Positions 57,023 to 64,000 of a stretch of DNA of 64,000 nucleotides are shown here, one piece after another. Source of the stretch: Octopus vulgaris (Eukaryota). How positions within the stretch are numbered: position 1 is the stretch's first letter; each line of letters begins with the position of its first letter. The translations under genes and the position numbers were made by a program. The stretch spans positions 104,160,001-104,224,000 of the forward strand of contig OX597817.1 of NCBI GenBank assembly GCA_951406725.2, given 5' to 3'. The notes beneath the pieces were generated by a model, which did not search any database, was not told the origin of the DNA, and saw only the letters and a program-made list of their open reading frames with translations.

Positions 57023-57878
57023 GTAATTTATCTGTAATTTAGTTGCATCCACCAGCAATATATAAGAAAATAACTCCGAATTCATTGAAACTAGCGGGAC
57101 TTATTACATCCATAGGTACATCGATTTTCCAGAACCTTTGATCCCAAAGCTTTTCTGGATTACTGATTTTTCCGAACCAGAGGTGGTGGTCAGTTTTGAC
57201 AACATACACTAAATTAAACAAATATAAAAATTTACTTAGATAATTAAATGAAATACAGGGACCTGTATATTAGTGAAAATAAGTGCGGATTATAATAGGC
57301 TCCGGACCATCCGTGTCCGGAAAGTTGGTGTTATAACTTTACTCGAACTTATTTCATTATGTTTATCTTTGATTTTGATCCATAGTTAAGGTTGTTAAAG
57401 TGTGACACTTAAACATGAATGAAAAACACAATAATGATATCATAGATTTCTTGGCTTGCTATATTACGTTAGCGCTTACTTTACTATTGTATAGATCTAT
57501 GTTGAGCAATAATTTCAATGACATATTAGGTTAATTGTAATTATTTTATCATTAATTATGTAATTAATACTTAGTTGTATTTTCTAAGTAGGATTTTGGC
57601 TTGATGTTTTTCATTGCTCACAATAGTTTGCTATAAATTTTTCGTGTAACTGATGAAAGAGAATAGAATTAACTTAAAATGGTAAAGGGACATATTATCA
57701 TGCTAACTACTCTCTGACGATTATATCTAGTTATGTTATCGTTGTTTAACCAAAACAATGAGAAGACATACGATCGAAGTAATTCCACCTGCTATGACCA
57801 CCTGTTATCTTTTTTTAATCTAGGACTACATGTATCCAATGTGTCATCCACTTTTTAAGCTGGTGGGATGGCTTAGCG

Positions 57879-57998
57879 CAATGGTTCCCAACCTATTTTT
57901 GCACCTGACCGGTTTCATGCAAGACAATTTTCCACGGACCGAGAGGATCAAGCGCATATCAAAACACAATAGACTGCATAATATATAATTCAATTATT

Positions 57999-58050
<52 letters not shown>

Positions 58051-58188
58051 CATATGTAATACATATACAATGTAAAGACACCCAATAAAATAGGAATTAA
58101 ATTGTAAAATTTATTGTTTCTGTGCGACCTGATATCAAGTGATCTACGGCTCGGTAGTGGTCCCCGCTCCGATGACTGGGGACCTCTG
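57879..58188. mobile_element. hAT (Charlie-like) MITE
   Basis: Ends CAATGGTTCCCAACC / GACTGGGGACCTCTG with subterminal ggacc/ggtcc motifs; no TSD confirmed. Confidence 0.6.
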
Positions 58189-58334
58189 GATTAGAGGAGG
58201 TTTAGCAGCAATTCAATTATGAGCAATTGATAAACCTTTACAAGTATAATAATAATTAGGGAACCGCTACTTTCGTATCGTTGATCGGTATAGCAACAGT
58301 ATTTCCGCTAACTCTTAATTATGTAATAAAGGTT

Positions 58335-58740
58335 TTAAACTAGGTCGCAAGGTCAGAAATTTTAAGGGAAGGAGTAAGTTGAGATCATCGATCCCCGTCA
58401 TCAACTGGTACTTATTTTCTCGGCCCCGAAAGGATAAAAGGTAAAGTCAACCTCAGCAGCATTTGAACTTAGAACTTAAAGACGGACGAAATGCTGTCTA
58501 ACGATTCTGCCATCTCACCGCCTTCGCTGCCTTAAGAATAAGAATAATTTTGGCTTAAGGTCAACAGTTTCAGAGGAGGAGGTAAGTCGATTACATCGAC
58601 CTCAGTGCTGAAATGGTACTTATTTTATCGATACTGAAGGGATAAAAGGCAAAGTCGACCCCAGCGGCATTTGAACTCAAAAGTAAAGCGGGAAGAAATA
58701 AAGCATTTCGCCGGTGTGATAACGAACCTGCCAGTTCGCC
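58335..58740 (-). mobile_element. Two tandem SINE copies (second family)
   Basis: Repeated tggtacttatttt..aaggataaaagg.aaagtc.acc.cagc.gcatttgaact. Confidence 0.75.
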
Positions 58741-60426
58741 TTTATAATGTACTAATAAAAATGCAAACATACAGCCTTCCTGATATCAAAGCCCATATCT
58801 ACAATCGTTCTAAATAATTAATCTACTATCGAGTTTTACTTTCGTATTGCCTTTATTAAGAATCATTAGTAAAGCTAACTCGGGATATTTTCAACCTTGT
58901 GCCAGACTAGCGGAAACTTTTTCGTGTGTTCTTATCGTTTTCTCATGAACCTGTGAATCTCCGTTCTCGACCACTGCCTAACTTCTCCTACCAGAATCTA
59001 TTCCCCTCAAGAATGTTTTCCCTGCTAATATGTACTAATCTGAAACAAATAATGTTATAAGTTCATCAAATTCCAATCCGTCAGTCTAAGGACACTTGAA
59101 AATGTCTTTTCTCAGAGGACTTACAAATACAAAATACAATAAAATGCAAAACCTTACAAATGCCTGAAATATTGAACGTAATGCTCTGAACTATTAATAC
59201 ATTATCTTTTTCTGCATTCTTTATTGTATTAAGCAAATAATAGAATATGAAAAATATTTTCGCAAGCATAAGCCAGTGTTGGCGCATTTAAACACATCTA
59301 TATTGGTTACAATAATATCAGAATTACCTGCTTTGTTAAATTGTACGAAACAGTGGAAGCAAGTACTATCCCATATGTTAATTGTGGTATCACTTCCTTC
59401 AATAGTTCGAATTCTCTGGTACGTACCTGAAATAGATAGAAAAAATAATAATAATAAACATTAAAAGAAAAAAACATGTCATCTGAAATTAGATTATGGA
59501 AATTTAATGGAAATTATTTGAAGTTTTGAAATGATGCAGCATAGAATATGCTACAAGATACATCGAGTCTGAACACTAATTGCAAAATTAACATGACTTT
59601 TAACAACCTAATAAAAATATTTAACGAATAGTAAAAATTAGCATTTTTAAAACCTTGTAACATTTCTTTAAGAATTTAGAAGTAAAACCTATCATATTCG
59701 AGAATATACTATTTAAAACAGATTATTATTATCATTACCGTTTCTATCACGGCACAAGGCTATGAATTTTAGGCGCAGTACAGGCAATTAAATCAACCCC
59801 AATATTTGACTGATACTTTATTTTACCGACACCGTAATGATGAAAAGTAGAGTTATCCTCAGTGGGATTCCAAGTGAGAACCTGAAAAGAAATAGCTAAA
59901 TACTGCCAGGCATTTTAACCGATCCTATCCCGATAGCTGCCAATTCGCTTTCATAGACCTAAAGAAAAATTGCGACCTGTATCAATCGAAACATTTTTTT
60001 TTAAATATTTGTTATATAAAAAAGGTTTAAAGTTTCGTTTACTATTTAATGGACTTCATATTACATTCTAAATATCAGAGGTGTCGACAATATTTTTACC
60101 AACATAGTAAATGTCAGTTCGTCATTGAATAAATATCAATTATGAATGCCCTTGGATCCTATGGAACTGTGTGTAATTTCTTTTAAACATCAGGTAGTCA
60201 GGCAGATGCTGAAGTTTAGGTACGTATAAAAACAGACCCGGCTATCGTTGCGGCATAGTTGGCAAAATATAACATTTCAACAACTCATGTTACTTTGCTT
60301 CTGACCTGTTCCCCTACCGTACATTTGAATATGAACAAACCTATTCACTATAGAAGTAAGGAATTACCAAAAGTTGACATTTTATTTGTCCTTTTAGCTT
60401 TTTAATGTTAATGTCTTTTATAAATA

Positions 60427-60464
<38 letters not shown>

Positions 60465-62589
60465 TATGCAAACCTAGTATGTGTACTTAGTTGCACGTTT
60501 ATCCGACAAATACATTCGTAGTTTGATTCATCCCAGTAGGATTGTTGGTATTTTAACCAGCGTAGCTTGGCGGCTAGTATAAATTAAGGAACAAGTACAT
60601 ACATACGGCGTCAATAAGATCAATCACAGCTCCAAAATGATAGCAATATCGTAATCAATGCATCACTTACAGAAGGAATAATAAGTATAAAACTTGTTTT
60701 TTCCTTTGATTTTTTTAAAATTCATGACACATTTTAGATATTACAAAATTACTACAGTGAAAATCGAAACCTCAATAAAACGAATCTGTTACATCAAGAG
60801 GCAAATTTGTTAAACATAAGAGGACGTTTGCTGAGAACGAGTTCATTTCAGAAGATAACAAATAATTGGCTATGGTGGTGAAGTTGAACAATGTACTTGG
60901 ACAAAATTATCATATCTCACTTCGTCGATCAATTGCAGTCGTTCCATAGCAGTCAGTCATTACGACAGCTAACTGAGAATTTGTCGGTAATTAGGTGGGG
61001 TCCAGAGGCCAACCAGCAGGTACACACAATATAAATAAAACTATGCTTCGTGTGAAAGTTTAGAATACAATCAATCATATGAATATATGAAAGGAAAGTT
61101 CCAGAAAAAGTTCTATTTGTTCTCAAAATTACAACTGGGAGATAGACCACAAGAATGGACTATTAGTTCGAAAGATAAAAAGAAAACATCCTGCAGACCA
61201 GTAGTAAGTCGTGAGGCGTGACTATGTTGCTTTCGTTCTTGAAAATGTCATCGACAGATATAAAGAGATGCCTAGCTGATTTTAGCGACCATTACATTAT
61301 TCACCATTTTGTAAGATACGCTTTTGTGATCTATAAATTCAGTTGTTCCCCAACAGGGAAAGATATAGCCAACATATGTACATGTAAAAATAATAATCAG
61401 TTATGTGGAATTAATGTTTCTGTGAGCATATAACAATTGAGATATTGTACAGGACTGGTCAATATGGCGGAATGATAAGACAAGACAGTTTGAAAAATCC
61501 CCAAATACGTATGAATACATGAATGCATGAGTGTGTGTATAATTTATCATCATGTGCATGCATATATGCACATGTGTGTGTGCGCGTGTGTAAATGTGTG
61601 CGTGTGTACAAACTTCTTTCATGTCCGTGCTTGTTTATACGAGTATAATGTCGTATGCTTGTTGCTCCAAGTAATATATTTGTTTATATTGCCTCAGTAT
61701 CTAAAATAATGATGTGGGCTTCTATTAAAAATATTTTATATCATTAGTCTCATCATAATCTCCATTATCTAATTTGAATTTTTAAATCTATTTAATCTCT
61801 TACTAAATAGATGTTTTTTAATTGCTCATTGAAAGAAGGAAATGCAGAGCCTATGACTCTTTTCAGAGACCTCCATGACAATTGGGAGGAAGGGAATAAG
61901 TTATCCACAAACTAGAATTCGCAATTCATTATTTCCAAGAAAGTGTTCTTCACTAAACATACCCAAGAACCATATGATAGCGTTAAAGTGTGTATAAGAG
62001 TAAGTCTTACATTCAAAATTAAGAACAATTGTCCATCTAACACTACAAAATTTTACACGGTTTTGGTAGACCTAAGGCTTTGGTCAAAGACATTTGTTCA
62101 AGGTGCTTTGCTTTAGAATCGAACCCCAAAACATCCAGTCGCGAAGCAAATTTTTAAACCTGTGCCCACCATTTTGTGTAGTGAGGGGACAACTGCACAG
62201 CTGGTTTAGGTATATCCCTCGGTATCAATGTGTTTCCTCAGTTGATTTCAAGGGACATTTCGTTAAAATAAACTCTGTTTCGCACAACTTATTACTGTAT
62301 CTTCTTAGTAGACAGAAATGACGAATTAACGGATACTGCTTCATTCTTATAGAAGATCAATAACAAAGATTATTAGTTACACACTCAACGAACACTGAGC
62401 CGAATAACGTGCTTTACTGGCAAACTACAAGTTATATACCATACGATTTATTAACTACTAAATATATATATATATATATATGTTGTGGCGAGAGTCACGA
62501 CACCACCTGCGAGAACAGACTGACTGAACGAGTATAAATAGTAGCGGTCTGAGTGAGATAGGACTGAGTTGGGGTTAGCTGCTGCGGAG

Positions 62590-63095
62590 ATTGGGGACTA
62601 TGGGGGTGGGAAGACCCGCGTGATCTGTGATACGGTAGAAGTGCGACGGCAGATGCAGATGATGTTACCATCATCGTGTCTGATGAAGGGCAGCTACCTC
62701 GTGTAGAAGACGCCATCAAAGGATACGAAGCGGTAGCAGGGGAAAAAATTAACCAGGAGAAATCAGTTGGTTTGCAACTCGGCACCTGATATGGCAAGTC
62801 AATGCCTCCCAATAGCCTCGTCGGACGATGGACAGAGAGCCCGATTAAATTGCTCGGAATCTGGTTTGGACCAGATCTTCAGGTGGAGGAAAACTGGAGC
62901 GAGGTGACGAGTAAGGTGACGGCCATAACCCAGACCTAGTCTGGGAGGACGTTATCCTTGCTAGGAAGGGCCGCGGTTGTACAGGTGTTTATAGCACCTG
63001 ATTGTAACCCTATCCCCCTGTAAGACTGTCCCTGTTTCGTCCCCGCCCCTGTTCTGTACCTTGTATATATGCCGTTATAGGCGAATAAAGAAATT
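62590..63095 (+). mobile_element. Tx1/L1-clade fragment (RT domains 5-7 joined to 3' UTR)
   Basis: ADDVTIIVSD..KINQEKSVGLQLG..IKLLGIWFGPDLQVEENW; homologous to 31330-31710; AATAAA at 63084. Confidence 0.8.
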
Positions 63096-63286
63096 CTGAG
63101 TAGGAGTTAATTCGTGCTGGCAGCACTTGTGTCATTTGTCACTTTTACATGTTTGATTTTTTGCTGGGAGTTTTCTCGCGCGAGACATTGTTGAAGTTTC
63201 TGTTGAAATTGTTGTAGCTTGTTTGCCAGTTTTGTTTTGTTGTTCGTTTCCCCCATTTTGGGGCGAAAATTGATTTTCATCCCAAT

Positions 63287-64000
63287 ATGGAGGTGGACTC
63301 CATACCAAGCTATGCGGCTGCCGCAGGAGCAGGAAAAAATGCTGTTGCCTTGCTGGAGGTGAAGAAGCTAGAAACTAGCCAAGAGATGTTGAATGAATGT
63401 GGAGAGTACATTCAAAAGAAGTGGACGGCTTTGAAGGTGGGCCCCTCCTAAGGAAAGTGTCGAAGAGAAGCAAAGAAGAACGTTGGTCTATCGTACACAA
63501 TCGGCTACATCACGGAAGATCGAAGTAGCGACGGAAAATGACATAGAGAGTTGCTTGCTATCAATAATGGAGGAAGCAACCTTCATTAATAGAGGAAGGA
63601 AGTTTGGCACGGTGGAGGTACGGTTTACCACCGAGGAGGAGGCAGTGAGGCGCTTGACGACAACGTTAAGGTCGGCAGGCTTGATACTTCTGCCGACCTG
63701 CATGGGAAGAAGAAATGTTAGAGTGCGGATTGGAAGGATCCTATCGGAAATAAAAGAAGTGTGGCCGGTGACAGGCATTATGGCTGCCACTCAGGAGGAC
63801 GCTAAATTGATGCGCGTCGGTAGAACGCAACAAGTGAATTGGTGGGGATATCACCTGGAAGTCTTGCTCCATGTCACCCACCATGACATCGAAGAATTAC
63901 CGTACGAAATTGTCATACCGGAGGAAAATGCGTTGAAGGTAGTTGTTGAGGGAAGACCCAACTGTTACCTATGTGGACGGAGAGGACACATAAAGGTCCA
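63287..64000 (+). mobile_element. Tx1/L1-clade ORF1 (gag-like), frameshifted, running off the window
   Basis: MEVDSIPSYAAAA..FINRGRKFGTVEVRF..VVVEGRPNCYLCGRRGHIK; aligns by eye with ORF1 at 29117-30000 (YITRGNRFATIEVRF..VAVEGRKPRCYICGSKAH). Confidence 0.75.

Overview
This is AT-rich, microsatellite-dense eukaryotic DNA. The SINE and RTE repeat families point to a cephalopod, probably Octopus (inference). It holds one host gene, a minus-strand SLC16/monocarboxylate-transporter (MFS) gene. Four coding exons are resolvable: 24411-24153, 15965-15822, 13871-12933 and 4545-4420, about 489 codons with all junctions in phase 1. The first coding intron has a non-canonical GC-AG donor. The last exon was not found and probably lies left of the window; a non-coding 5' exon should lie upstream of 24431. 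Everything else recognisable is transposable-element debris: Penelope-like (GIY-YIG), RTE, R4/Dong, Tx1/L1, Ingi/Vingi-like, Gypsy, mariner, pogo/Tigger, piggyBac, hAT MITE, non-autonomous Helitrons and tRNA-derived SINEs. The most unusual signal is a set of short, mostly (TA)n-associated elements carrying minimal type I hammerhead-ribozyme motifs. One is essentially intact (25612-25657) and one nearly intact (23632-23678), both on the transporter's strand. Several long fold-back hairpins have hammerhead remnants at their centre. All calls were read by eye and repeat boundaries are approximate.
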